Notes under the pieces: model-generated | Told to the model about the DNA's origin: nothing | The model's input: the letters and a program-made list of their open reading frames with translations, nothing else | Database searches by the model: none | Made by a program: the position numbers and the translations under genes | Shown here: one piece after another, positions 17,576 to 26,298 of the stretch | Layout of the letters: each line of letters begins with the position of its first letter | Numbering within the stretch: the first letter of the stretch is position 1 | Assembly (NCBI GenBank): GCA_040878345.1 | Contig: JBBDML010000019.1 | Location: 21,373 to 85,372, forward strand | Source of the DNA: Acidimicrobiia bacterium | Lineage (GTDB): Bacteria; Actinomycetota; Acidimicrobiia; Spongiisociales; ZC4RG35 | Length of the DNA stretch: 64,000 nucleotides | Reading direction: 5' to 3'

Positions 17576-18025
17576 TCACGCCGCGTTCCCGCTGCCTCCC
17601 ACCACCAGCCAGGTGCCGAATACCACCAGGGCGATGCCGGCCAATCTTCTCGGGTCGATTGTGTGGGCCTGAGAGAACAACCCGAAATGGTCGATCAGGG
17701 CCCCGAGTATCAGGGTGGAGCCTGTGAAAAGGGTGATGCCACCACCCAAACCCAGGCGGGCGATGACGATCCCCAGTGAGGCCACCACGACCAGTCCCAT
17801 CAAACCGGCGGTGAAGGCCCACCAGGGGACCTCCTTCAAGTCGGACCACTTGCTCCCGCCGAATGCCAGCATGACCAGGCCGATGGCCAGCCCGCCCCCT
17901 CCATAGGTGATGAATGTCGACGCCAGGGTCCCCACCCGGTTCTGCATCACCCCGAGGAATCCCGACTGCAAAGAGCCGGCCAACCCACCGGCCACTCCGA
18001 TGAGGATCACCAAGAACAGGCTCAT
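17576..18025 (-). CDS. Small DMT-superfamily membrane protein (DUF606/YdcZ-like)
   Basis: 150 aa with 5 hydrophobic helices starting 'MSLFLVILIGVAGG'. Its ATG overlaps the upstream gene's TGA (ATGA at 18022-18025). Confidence 0.7.
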   Translation of the reverse strand: MSLFLVILIGVAGGLAGSLQSGFLGVMQNRVGTLASTFITYGGGGLAIGLVMLAFGGSKWSDLKEVPWWAFTAGLMGLVVVASLGIVIARLGLGGGITLFTGSTLILGALIDHFGLFSQAHTIDPRRLAGIALVVFGTWLVVGGSGNAA

Positions 18026-19161
18026 GGCGATCCATCCTGGTCGGCCATCGCCTCGTATTGGCGGATGGTCCCCTCCAGGTAATCGATGGCTTGGTCGTAT
18101 CCCTCGACGGCCACCTCGGTGGTGTAGGTGAGCACCCTGATCAACCAGAGACGGAAGGCCAGGCTCTCCCACGCCGGGTCGCCCAGCACAAAGCGATCGT
18201 GGAGATGGACCAGTATCTCGCCCCACCGTTCGGCATCCATGAACCCATATCGCGCCTCAAACCGGTTGGCGAGCACACCGTCGACCACCCGGGTGGGCAG
18301 CTCCTCCGCCAGGCGCACCTCCTCCGTGCTCCAGTTGGCGGTGAGCAGGCCGACGGTCCGCTCCAGGTCATAGCCCACTGTCTGCTTCAGGTCGTCGGGG
18401 ACCGGGGCCGGTGGGTCGGTTGCCAACTCGATCATCGGAGCGGGCAAACCTCTCAAGGACCTCACCGCGTCGAGGCACTCCACCACCATGGTCCGGATCT
18501 CGTCCAGGGACCCATAAAGGGCGTGGCGCTTGCCTTCGGCCACATTGTGCTCGTAGAGGGGGAGGCCCATGGTGGCGGTGGCATGAGTGATCAGAGTGTC
18601 CACTCCCCAGTCGGAGCGCTCCGCCACCAGGGGATCGGCGGCCAGTGTCGCCACCGCTTCCCGGGTGAGGAAGATCTCCCCGCCCAACGGCTGGCCGAGA
18701 CGGGGGAGCACGGAGCCGGGGAACAGGATCGCCAGCGACGGGCGCGTGACCATCCAGGTGATCATGGCGTCGGTGGATGCCCGCGGGAATCGGTGTCTGA
18801 CGATCTGATATCCGTCGTCCGCCGTCTGCTCGGCGCCGTCGATCCAGCCCTCGTCGAAGTTGGTTATGTCGGCGTCGTAGAAATGGACCCGCTCGAACCC
18901 CTGCTCGGCGGCGTGGCGGAGGGCGGTGTTAAGCCCATCACCCTTTCCGGGGCGGAATCTGCCGATCCGCTCCTGGGGGAAGACCAGGACCGGGGCCCCA
19001 CCCAAACCGGCGGCGATGCCCTCCACCGCCGCCATGGCCTCACCCTGGGTGGCGGCCACCGCCCAAACCGCATCGACCCGCCGATGGGCGGCTGCGATCT
19101 CGAGGTTGGCCCCGACCACCTCCAGGTCCTCCTCCTTGAAAGGGAAGACGATCAGGCTCAA
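18022..19161 (-). CDS. mgs: Mannosylglycerate synthase (GT78, single-step GDP-mannose:D-glycerate mannosyltransferase)
   Basis: TTG start gives 'MSLIVFPFKEED'. The motifs 'RPGKGDGLNTAL', 'FYDADITNF', 'FPRASTDAMITWM', 'QPLGGE', 'SDWGVDT' and 'EGKRHALYG' match the Rhodothermus marinus MGS as I remember it. Confidence 0.75.
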   Translation of the reverse strand: MSLIVFPFKEEDLEVVGANLEIAAAHRRVDAVWAVAATQGEAMAAVEGIAAGLGGAPVLVFPQERIGRFRPGKGDGLNTALRHAAEQGFERVHFYDADITNFDEGWIDGAEQTADDGYQIVRHRFPRASTDAMITWMVTRPSLAILFPGSVLPRLGQPLGGEIFLTREAVATLAADPLVAERSDWGVDTLITHATATMGLPLYEHNVAEGKRHALYGSLDEIRTMVVECLDAVRSLRGLPAPMIELATDPPAPVPDDLKQTVGYDLERTVGLLTANWSTEEVRLAEELPTRVVDGVLANRFEARYGFMDAERWGEILVHLHDRFVLGDPAWESLAFRLWLIRVLTYTTEVAVEGYDQAIDYLEGTIRQYEAMADQDGSP

Positions 19162-19175
19162 GGGCGGGAGGGTTC

Positions 19176-19197
19176 TGTCATGGCCGGTGTCTACTCT
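19176..19197 (+). promoter_or_regulatory. Possible RecA-independent (PafBC-type, RecA-NDp) damage promoter: TGTCAtgg-8nt-TACTCT
   Basis: Partial match to tTGTCRgtg-8nt-TAnnnT at the exact spacing, 21 nt upstream of the herA GTG. A GGAGA SD follows. Confidence 0.25.
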
Positions 19198-19217
19198 CGA
19201 CTCGGGATGGAGACGCT

Positions 19218-20888
19218 GTGATCGAAAAGATGGTCGGGCGGGTCCTGGGGACCAAGGATGCCACCCCCCTCGAGTTCTGGGTGGGTGTGGCCGAAGGTGA
19301 GTTCCTTCAGCTCGACGACGTGGTGGCTCTCGAGCGACTACTGCCGACCGGCGAATTGGTGATGATGTACGGCACCGTGGGCCAAGTGGTGGCTCGTCAT
19401 GAGGGGGCCCGGTTCGACTCCGACGTGTTCCTGATCGAAGAGGGTGTCCTACCTGCCGAGGTGACCGAGACCGCACAGGTCACCGCCACCCGGTTCGAGC
19501 CAGAGGTGTTCGTCCCACCTCGCCCCGGCCAACCGGTGCGGATTGCCCTCGATGATGAGCGCGACCGCGCCCTGTTCTTCGACCGTATGGAGCAGCGGCT
19601 CCCAGTGGGGCTCTCCCGCAATGGTGAGCCGTTCTGGATCAATCTCGAGTTCCTCAATGGGGAGCGGGGGGCACATGTCAATATCTCGGGGATCTCCGGA
19701 GTCGCCACCAAGACCACGTATGCCACCTTCCTGCTCCACTCGTTGTACACCTCCGGGGTCCTCGGGGATGCCGCGGTCAACACCAAGAGCCTGATCTTCA
19801 ACGTCAAGGGCGAGGACCTGTTGCATCTCGATCGGGCCAACAACCGCCTCGGTGGGGAGGAGCGGGCCCGCTACGCCAAGCTCGGCCTCCCTGCCACCCC
19901 GTTCGAGTCGGTGGCGATCTTCGCCCCGCCCCGGCCCGGAGACCCCAACGCCGGCGCCGACGTCAACACCCGTCACGACGTGACATCCTTCTTCTGGACC
20001 CTGGAACGGTTCTGTCACGACGACCTGCTCCCGTTCCTCTTCGCCGACGCCGAGGACGACCGCGCCCAATACACCACGGTGGTCTACAACGTGATGGCCC
20101 ATCTCCGTCAGGCACAGGCCACCGAGACCGGCGCAATGGTGATCGACGGCGTCACCCTGCGGACCTTCCGCCAGCTCGCCGATCTCATCGTGGAGCGAGT
20201 TCAGGACGAGAGCCTCCGCTACCAGTGGGCGGGGCCGGCGATCGGGACCGGGACGGTCAACGCCTTTGTCCGCCGGCTCCTGGGTGCGGTCCGTCACGTG
20301 GAACGTCTCATCAGGGCGGATGTAGCCGACCCGGCCCGGCACGCCATAGCCCTCGAGAGCCAGGTGACGGTGGTCGATCTCCACAACCTCAACGACAGGG
20401 CCAAGCGTTTCGTGGTGGGGGTCACCCTGAAGCGGGCATTCGATGACAAAGAGATGGCGGGCCAGACCCCTGAGCTGTTGTTTGTGGTCCTCGACGAGCT
20501 CAACAAGTACGCCCCGCGTGAAGGGACCAGTCCCATCAAGGAGATCCTCCTCGACATCGCCGAGCGAGGCCGGTCCCTCGGGGTGATACTGATCGGGGCC
20601 CAGCAGACCGCCTCGGAGGTGGAGCGCCGCATCATCGCCAACTCCTCGATCCGCGTGGTGGGCCGGCTCGACTCGGCCGAGGCGGCACGTGAGGAATACG
20701 GGTTCCTCCCCGGGCCCCACCGACAGCGGGCCACCATCATCAAGCCGGGGACCATGCTCCTCAGCCAGCCCGAGATCCCGGTCCCACTCGTCCTCGAGTT
20801 CCCCTTTCCCGCCTGGGCCACCAGACCCTCGGAGGCGGTCGTCCCCAGCGGCAGTGGGGGTCCCGAAGACCCCTTCGAAGGCCTGTAG
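19218..20888 (+). CDS. herA: HerA-type hexameric DNA translocase/helicase ATPase (DUF87)
   Basis: N-terminal barrel-like 'GRVLGTKDATPLEFWVGV', Walker B 'LLFVVLDELNKYAP', 'AERGRSLGVILIGAQQ'. Atypical P-loop 'GISGVATKTT'. Confidence 0.75.
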   Translation: MIEKMVGRVLGTKDATPLEFWVGVAEGEFLQLDDVVALERLLPTGELVMMYGTVGQVVARHEGARFDSDVFLIEEGVLPAEVTETAQVTATRFEPEVFVPPRPGQPVRIALDDERDRALFFDRMEQRLPVGLSRNGEPFWINLEFLNGERGAHVNISGISGVATKTTYATFLLHSLYTSGVLGDAAVNTKSLIFNVKGEDLLHLDRANNRLGGEERARYAKLGLPATPFESVAIFAPPRPGDPNAGADVNTRHDVTSFFWTLERFCHDDLLPFLFADAEDDRAQYTTVVYNVMAHLRQAQATETGAMVIDGVTLRTFRQLADLIVERVQDESLRYQWAGPAIGTGTVNAFVRRLLGAVRHVERLIRADVADPARHAIALESQVTVVDLHNLNDRAKRFVVGVTLKRAFDDKEMAGQTPELLFVVLDELNKYAPREGTSPIKEILLDIAERGRSLGVILIGAQQTASEVERRIIANSSIRVVGRLDSAEAAREEYGFLPGPHRQRATIIKPGTMLLSQPEIPVPLVLEFPFPAWATRPSEAVVPSGSGGPEDPFEGL

Positions 20889-20945
20889 GGGAGCTTCCCC
20901 GACTCTCCCCGAATCTGTCACACCCCGGTCGTACGATCCTGGGGA

Positions 20946-22070
20946 ATGAAGATCCTCCATACCTCCGACTGGCATGTGGGTCGTCGGATGCGGGGACGCG
21001 ACCGAGCCGAGGAGCACCGTGCCGTCCTCTCCGAGGTGTTGTCGGCAGCCGTCTCGAATCAGGTCGACCTGACGGTGGTGGCCGGCGACCTCTTCGACAC
21101 CGGCTCGCCCACCGCCGCCTCCGAGGAGATCGTCTGGACCGCCCTGCTCCAGCTGGCCGAGGTGGCGCCGGTGCTGGTGGTGGGGGGTAACCACGACAAC
21201 CACGCCCGCATCGACGCAGTGGCGCCGCTGCTTCGAATGGGGAGGATCACCGCCCTCGGCGCCCCTCGATCACCTGAAGAGGGAGGTGTGGTCCATCTCG
21301 AGGAGATCGGGGCGCGGGTGGCGTTGCTCCCCTTCGTCTCTCAGAGGGGGATTGTCCGCGCCGAGGACATCATGGCCTCCGACCCCGATCAGAACGCCGG
21401 GGCATACCAGGACCGGTTGCGACGGGTCGTCCACCGGCTCAGTGCCGACATGACCCCAGACACGGTGAACCTCCTGGTGACTCATCTCACCGTCTTCGGG
21501 GCGGAGCTGGGTGGCGGGGAGCGTGAAGCACACGTCTTTGGCTATGCGGTGCCGGCGGCGGTCTTCCCCGGGCATCTCTCCTATGTCGCCCTGGGGCACT
21601 TCCATCGCCAGCAGAAAATCCCTCATCCCGGGGCGGTTTGGTACTCGGGGTCGCCCTTGCAGCTCGACTTCGGGGAGGTCGACGACACCAAGGGGGTGTT
21701 GGTGGTCGAGGCGACACCGGGAAAGCCGGCCCGGGTCACCACGGTCCCGGTGACAAGCGGGCGCAAGCTGGTGACGGTCCGGGGGACCCTCGAGGAAGTC
21801 CTTGCCCGTGCCGACGACCTCGACGATGCCTTTGTGCGTGTGGTCCTGGTGGAGAAGGCCCGGGTGGGTCTGGCCGATGAGGTCAGGATGGCGATACCCG
21901 ACGCCGTCGAGGTGGTCCTCGACTCACCCTTGCAGCCCAGGTCCGATCCCGAGCCCCGCGCCCAGCTCGAGCCAGGCGAGGCCTTTCATCGTTATCTGTC
22001 CGAGAAGGGAGCCGATGACCCCAGGGTCGAGGCTCTCTTCGCCGAGCTGATGGACGAGGTCGCGGTGTGA
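20946..22070 (+). CDS. sbcD: Mre11/SbcD-family nuclease (calcineurin-like phosphoesterase)
   Basis: 'MKILHTSDWHVG', 'VVAGDLFD', 'VVGGNHDN', 'GHFH'. Confidence 0.9.
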   Translation: MKILHTSDWHVGRRMRGRDRAEEHRAVLSEVLSAAVSNQVDLTVVAGDLFDTGSPTAASEEIVWTALLQLAEVAPVLVVGGNHDNHARIDAVAPLLRMGRITALGAPRSPEEGGVVHLEEIGARVALLPFVSQRGIVRAEDIMASDPDQNAGAYQDRLRRVVHRLSADMTPDTVNLLVTHLTVFGAELGGGEREAHVFGYAVPAAVFPGHLSYVALGHFHRQQKIPHPGAVWYSGSPLQLDFGEVDDTKGVLVVEATPGKPARVTTVPVTSGRKLVTVRGTLEEVLARADDLDDAFVRVVLVEKARVGLADEVRMAIPDAVEVVLDSPLQPRSDPEPRAQLEPGEAFHRYLSEKGADDPRVEALFAELMDEVAV

Positions 22071-24439
22071 GGCCGGTGAGGATCGAGGTCGAGGGCTTCT
22101 CCGCCTATCGATCGGCGGTCAGTGTCGACCTCAGCAGACTCCTCGACTCCGACCTCCCCTTCTTCTCGCTGAGCGGGGCGACCGGGGCGGGGAAGTCGAG
22201 CCTGATCGACGCCATGATCTTCGCCCTCTATGGAAGGATCCCCCGACTTGGTGGCACCGCGGTGGCCCCGGTCATCTCGGCCGGCACCGACCGGGCCCGG
22301 GTCAGATTCGACTTCGACGTCGACGGGGTGATCCACACCGCGGTCCGTTTGGCGCAGCGAACGCCCAGCGGTGGCGCAACCGTCAAAGAGGCGCGGCTGG
22401 AGCGGGGCGACGAGGTCCTGGCCGACGGTGCCGACAACGTCACCACTGCGGTGGAGGAGCTGCTCCGGCTGGGATTCGACGACTTCACCCGGACCGTTGT
22501 CCTGCCTCAGGGGGATTTCGCCAGGTTCCTCAATGCCACCAAGGCGGAGCGGCAAGCCCTCCTCCGAGGCATCCTCGGGCTCGAGGTATATGGGAGGGTC
22601 CGGGAGCTGGCCGGCGGGAGACAGGCAGTGGCCTCCGACCGGGCCTCCGGCGCCCACACCCGGCTGGACGCTCTCGAGGTGCCTGCAGAGGCCGACATCG
22701 AGGGGGCCTCGGCCCGTCTCTCCTCTCTGGAAGCCATGGTGGGCCAGATCAGGGATCGAGAGCAGGCTCTCGCCGTCCTGGCCCTCGAGGTCGGTGCCGC
22801 CACCGCCGACGTGACCCGACTCACCGGAGCCAGGGAGAGGTTGGAGGTGCTGGCACCACCCGAGGACCTGGACGAGCTCGGCGAGATGGTGACACTGGCC
22901 CGCTCGACGTTCTCCGACGCCGAGGAGGCTCACGCGGCCGCGGTGGCGGGCGGTCGGGAGATCGAGAAGAGACTGGAGGGGATCCCGGAGCCTGAGACCA
23001 TTGCCCTCGGCAAGCACGATTACCAATCGCTCGACCAGGTCGAGACCCAGCTCGAGGCGTTGGCTGACGACCGGCCGAGGCAAGCGCTGGAGGAGGCCGA
23101 GACCCGGTTGGCCGAGTCGCGCCAGGCTCACCTCGAGGCGGTTGCTCGCCGAAACTCTCTCCACATCTCCCACACCGCACATGCCATCGGGGCGACCCTG
23201 GTGGTGGGCGAGAACTGCCCTGTGTGTCAGCGCCGCGTCGAGGTCTTGCCGGTCGCGGAGACTCCACCGGAGCTGACCCGGGTCGAGAAGGAGTTGGAGA
23301 CCTCGGAAGCCCGGGTGGAGGCCGATCTTGGCGCCGTCGGTCTGGCTCGAGCAGCGATCACCGAGCACGAGACCACCAGGGCCAACCTGGCCGCCACCCG
23401 GGACACCCTGGTCGCCCGATTGTCGGGTGCCCCGAACCGCGAGGAGTTGGCTCGCTTGGAGACCCTGGCCACAGAGTTGAAGGATCAGCTCGCCGGCTCG
23501 CGTCGCACGGTGTCTTCGGCCGAGGAGACCCTGGGTCTTGCCCGTAAGCAGCTCGATGAAATGGCGGCGCGGCAACATGCCATGGGCCGGCTCCTCACCA
23601 CGGCCCAGCTCAAGGTGGCCGACCTGAGCCCCCCGGTGTCGGAGAGCGACGACGTGGTGGTGCAGTGGAAGGACCTGATGACCTGGCGGGCCGAGACTCT
23701 GGACCGTGTGGTCGAGGAGCATGCCGCCCTTCTCGCGCGCTCGGCGGAGGCACTTTCGGCCCACGACTCCGCCCGGGAGGAGCTGGTGGCCGACCTCGCC
23801 ACCGCCGGGCTCGACGCCATCGAGCCCTATTCGGCCACTCTGGCCTCCGAGGTCGAGCGGGCGCGCCATGTAGTCGCCCACCAGCAGAAGACACTTGTTG
23901 ATGCCAACGCGCTAAGCGCCGAGATCGACTCCGAGACCGCCAATGCCGACGTGGCCGCCGCCCTCGCCGGGCATCTCAAGGCAAACGGGTTCGAGCAGTG
24001 GCTGATGGCCGGCGCGCTGGAGACACTGGTGGTCGGGGCCAATGACCTCCTGGCCCAGCTCTCCGAGGGCGGCTACTCCCTCCACTCCCAGGAGGGGAGC
24101 TTCACCATCGTCGATCATCGCAACGCCGACGAGAAGAGATCGGTGTCCACCCTCTCCGGCGGGGAGACCTTCCTGGTTTCGCTGGCCTTGGCCCTCTCAC
24201 TGGCGGAGACCCTGGCTTCTGCCGGTGGCGCCCGGCTCGACGCCATCATCCTCGACGAGGGATTCGGCACCCTCGACGACGAATCGCTCGACACGGTGGC
24301 GTCGGTGTTGGAGGAGCTTGCCGGGAAGGGCCTGATGGTGGGGGTCATCACCCATGTCAAAGAGCTTGCCTCCCGTGCCGCGGTGCGTTTCGAGGTGACA
24401 CGGGAGGCCCGTGGCTCGACGGTCAGCGATATGCCATGA
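22067..24439 (+). CDS. sbcC: Rad50/SbcC-family SMC-like ATPase with zinc hook
   Basis: GTGA overlap with sbcD. Walker A 'GATGAGKSS', long coiled coil, central 'CPVCQR' hook, signature 'LSGGETF', Walker B 'AIILDEGFGTLD'. Confidence 0.9.
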   Translation: MRPVRIEVEGFSAYRSAVSVDLSRLLDSDLPFFSLSGATGAGKSSLIDAMIFALYGRIPRLGGTAVAPVISAGTDRARVRFDFDVDGVIHTAVRLAQRTPSGGATVKEARLERGDEVLADGADNVTTAVEELLRLGFDDFTRTVVLPQGDFARFLNATKAERQALLRGILGLEVYGRVRELAGGRQAVASDRASGAHTRLDALEVPAEADIEGASARLSSLEAMVGQIRDREQALAVLALEVGAATADVTRLTGARERLEVLAPPEDLDELGEMVTLARSTFSDAEEAHAAAVAGGREIEKRLEGIPEPETIALGKHDYQSLDQVETQLEALADDRPRQALEEAETRLAESRQAHLEAVARRNSLHISHTAHAIGATLVVGENCPVCQRRVEVLPVAETPPELTRVEKELETSEARVEADLGAVGLARAAITEHETTRANLAATRDTLVARLSGAPNREELARLETLATELKDQLAGSRRTVSSAEETLGLARKQLDEMAARQHAMGRLLTTAQLKVADLSPPVSESDDVVVQWKDLMTWRAETLDRVVEEHAALLARSAEALSAHDSAREELVADLATAGLDAIEPYSATLASEVERARHVVAHQQKTLVDANALSAEIDSETANADVAAALAGHLKANGFEQWLMAGALETLVVGANDLLAQLSEGGYSLHSQEGSFTIVDHRNADEKRSVSTLSGGETFLVSLALALSLAETLASAGGARLDAIILDEGFGTLDDESLDTVASVLEELAGKGLMVGVITHVKELASRAAVRFEVTREARGSTVSDMP

Positions 24440-25368
24440 GATACACCGTGGAGAACTGGGACTCCGATTACGGGGCCCCCACCGACCCCGAGCTGACCGA
24501 CGCCACCCAGAACGTCGATGTCGGGGTCGAGATGGCGGCCGATCAATGGCGCCCCATCCTGCCGGAATCCCCGGCCGTCGAGGAAGTGCTGTTCGTCGAC
24601 GGGGTCCGTCGGGTCGACGCCAGCCTCTGGATCGACCAACCCCCCGACTTCCCCGGCTTCGCCCTGGCGGCGACCTACGCCGCCGGAGCGGTGAGATGCA
24701 ACTCCCGTGCCGGCCTGGAGGTGGCAGAGGTGGGGCGGGGCCTCTTCACCTCAGCTCTTGCCACCGATATCGAGACCACCGTCGGCACATATGGGGTGAA
24801 GGCCACCAAGGGCAGCACCTCAGAAGAGCTCTGGCTGGGGATACAGCAAAGGATGGGGGACCTCGAGGCCCGGGTGGTTCACCAGGCGGGGGGAGCCGCC
24901 CTGGTGGTGGTCGACGGCCCATTGTCACATGCCAGAGACATCGACAACGCCATCGGGTACATCAAGACCCAGAAGGTGCAGTACCTGCCGCTGGAGCTGC
25001 GACATGTCCTCACCTCGCTCCCTGCCGGCTACCGCACACCGCTGTTCCTCACCACCACCTCATGGAGCCGCTTCTCCTGGTATCTCCGTCTCGCCAACCA
25101 CGACGGGCCCGCCGGTGGGCTGGTGAGATGCGAGATCGACGCCGACAAGCCGGCGGCGGAGGCGGCGCGGATCGCCACCGCGGTGAGCGCCACCCTGCCC
25201 CGTTTCGCCTCGGCCCGCCACAAGGACCCGCGCGCTCCCCAGAACCTCTACCCGATCGGTGGCCTGGAGCGTGACCTGAGACACCGTCTCGGCGACAAGG
25301 ACCTGGCGGTCAGGGCCTTGAGGAGAGCAGCCGCGATGGCGGGCAAGGCCTCAGATCTCGCGTCGTGA
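24436..25368 (+). CDS. nurA: NurA-like 5'-3' nuclease
   Basis: ATGA overlap with rad50. Acidic motifs 'LFVDGVRR', 'LVVVDGPL', then 'GYIKT', 'FSWYLRL', 'LYPIGGLERDL' in NurA-like order. Operon context with herA. Confidence 0.55.
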   Translation: MRYTVENWDSDYGAPTDPELTDATQNVDVGVEMAADQWRPILPESPAVEEVLFVDGVRRVDASLWIDQPPDFPGFALAATYAAGAVRCNSRAGLEVAEVGRGLFTSALATDIETTVGTYGVKATKGSTSEELWLGIQQRMGDLEARVVHQAGGAALVVVDGPLSHARDIDNAIGYIKTQKVQYLPLELRHVLTSLPAGYRTPLFLTTTSWSRFSWYLRLANHDGPAGGLVRCEIDADKPAAEAARIATAVSATLPRFASARHKDPRAPQNLYPIGGLERDLRHRLGDKDLAVRALRRAAAMAGKASDLAS

Positions 25369-26256
25369 GGCGAGGATGGCGCCGGCGATCACCAGTCCGA
25401 TGCCGAGGATGGCGAGACCACTCACCTGCTCGTTGCGAAAGACGACGCCCAATATCAGAGCCACCACCGGGATCAGATAGGTGACGAAGGCGGATCTGGT
25501 GGCCCCGACACGGGAGGTGAGCTTTCCCGAGAGGATGAAGGCCACACCTGTCCCCAACAACCCGGCGGCGACCGTAGCTGTCAATGACGGCCATGAGAAC
25601 TCCGACCGGGTCAGGCCAAACAGCCCGAAAGGCAAGACCATGAGGATGCCCAACCAAAGGATCCTGGTCATCACCGGAACCGCCCCGTACCGCTGGGTCA
25701 GGGGCACCACCATGTTGAAGGCGATCGCATAACAGATGGTGACGATCACCATCAACACCACTCCGACCAGGGCCGACGTGTCGGAACCGGCCGCCGGTGC
25801 TGCGATGGCCACCACCCCGGCGAGCCCGATCACCAACCCGGCGACCTGAAGACGCCCGGGGAGGGCCCTGAGGAGGATCGAAGCCAGGATCGCGGTGAAG
25901 ATGGGCGCCGCACCGTTGAGCATGCCGGCCACACCAGAGTCGATCCACTGCTGGGCGATCGGGATCATGGTCATCGGGAGACCGACCCAGGTGACACTCA
26001 CAATGACTATCCGGGCGCGATCCTCACTCTCGATCACCGTGGGGTACGACCTGGCCACCATGGTCATGAAGCCGGCTCCGGAGAGGACACGGACCAGGGT
26101 CACGAGACCGGGATGAAATGAGTCAAGGCCGATGGCCATGAACAGGAACGAAGAACCCCAGATCAGGCCGATGCAAACAAAGAACAACCAGTCGAGGGCG
26201 GTGAACGCCTCCCGGTGTGACCCATGAGAAGTGGTGATCAGCCTGACGCCCGTCAT
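25351..26256 (-). CDS. EamA/DMT-family transporter
   Basis: 10 TM segments in two EamA repeats ('LIWGSSFLFM'). The 3' end overlaps the nurA 3' end by 18 nt (convergent). Confidence 0.8.
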   Translation of the reverse strand: MTGVRLITTSHGSHREAFTALDWLFFVCIGLIWGSSFLFMAIGLDSFHPGLVTLVRVLSGAGFMTMVARSYPTVIESEDRARIVIVSVTWVGLPMTMIPIAQQWIDSGVAGMLNGAAPIFTAILASILLRALPGRLQVAGLVIGLAGVVAIAAPAAGSDTSALVGVVLMVIVTICYAIAFNMVVPLTQRYGAVPVMTRILWLGILMVLPFGLFGLTRSEFSWPSLTATVAAGLLGTGVAFILSGKLTSRVGATRSAFVTYLIPVVALILGVVFRNEQVSGLAILGIGLVIAGAILASRREI

Positions 26257-26298
26257 GGGAAGGAGAACACATGCAGATGGCCATTTGTTGCAGTGAAC

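Noticed and set aside
19162-19476. N-terminal 105-aa extension of the mgs ORF (track start at 19476)
   Set aside because: The extension is Arg/Pro-rich and overlaps herA. The TTG at 19161 reproduces the 'MSL-VFPFK' N-terminus remembered for characterised MGS.
19449-21203. 584-aa minus-strand ORF antisense to herA/sbcD
   Set aside because: Arg/Gly/Pro/Val-rich translation with no motifs. It fully overlaps motif-bearing plus-strand genes, which makes it a typical high-GC shadow ORF.
21992-23881. 629-aa minus-strand ORF antisense to rad50/sbcC
   Set aside because: Same reasoning. The plus strand carries Walker A, the zinc hook and the signature motif, while the minus translation is low-complexity.
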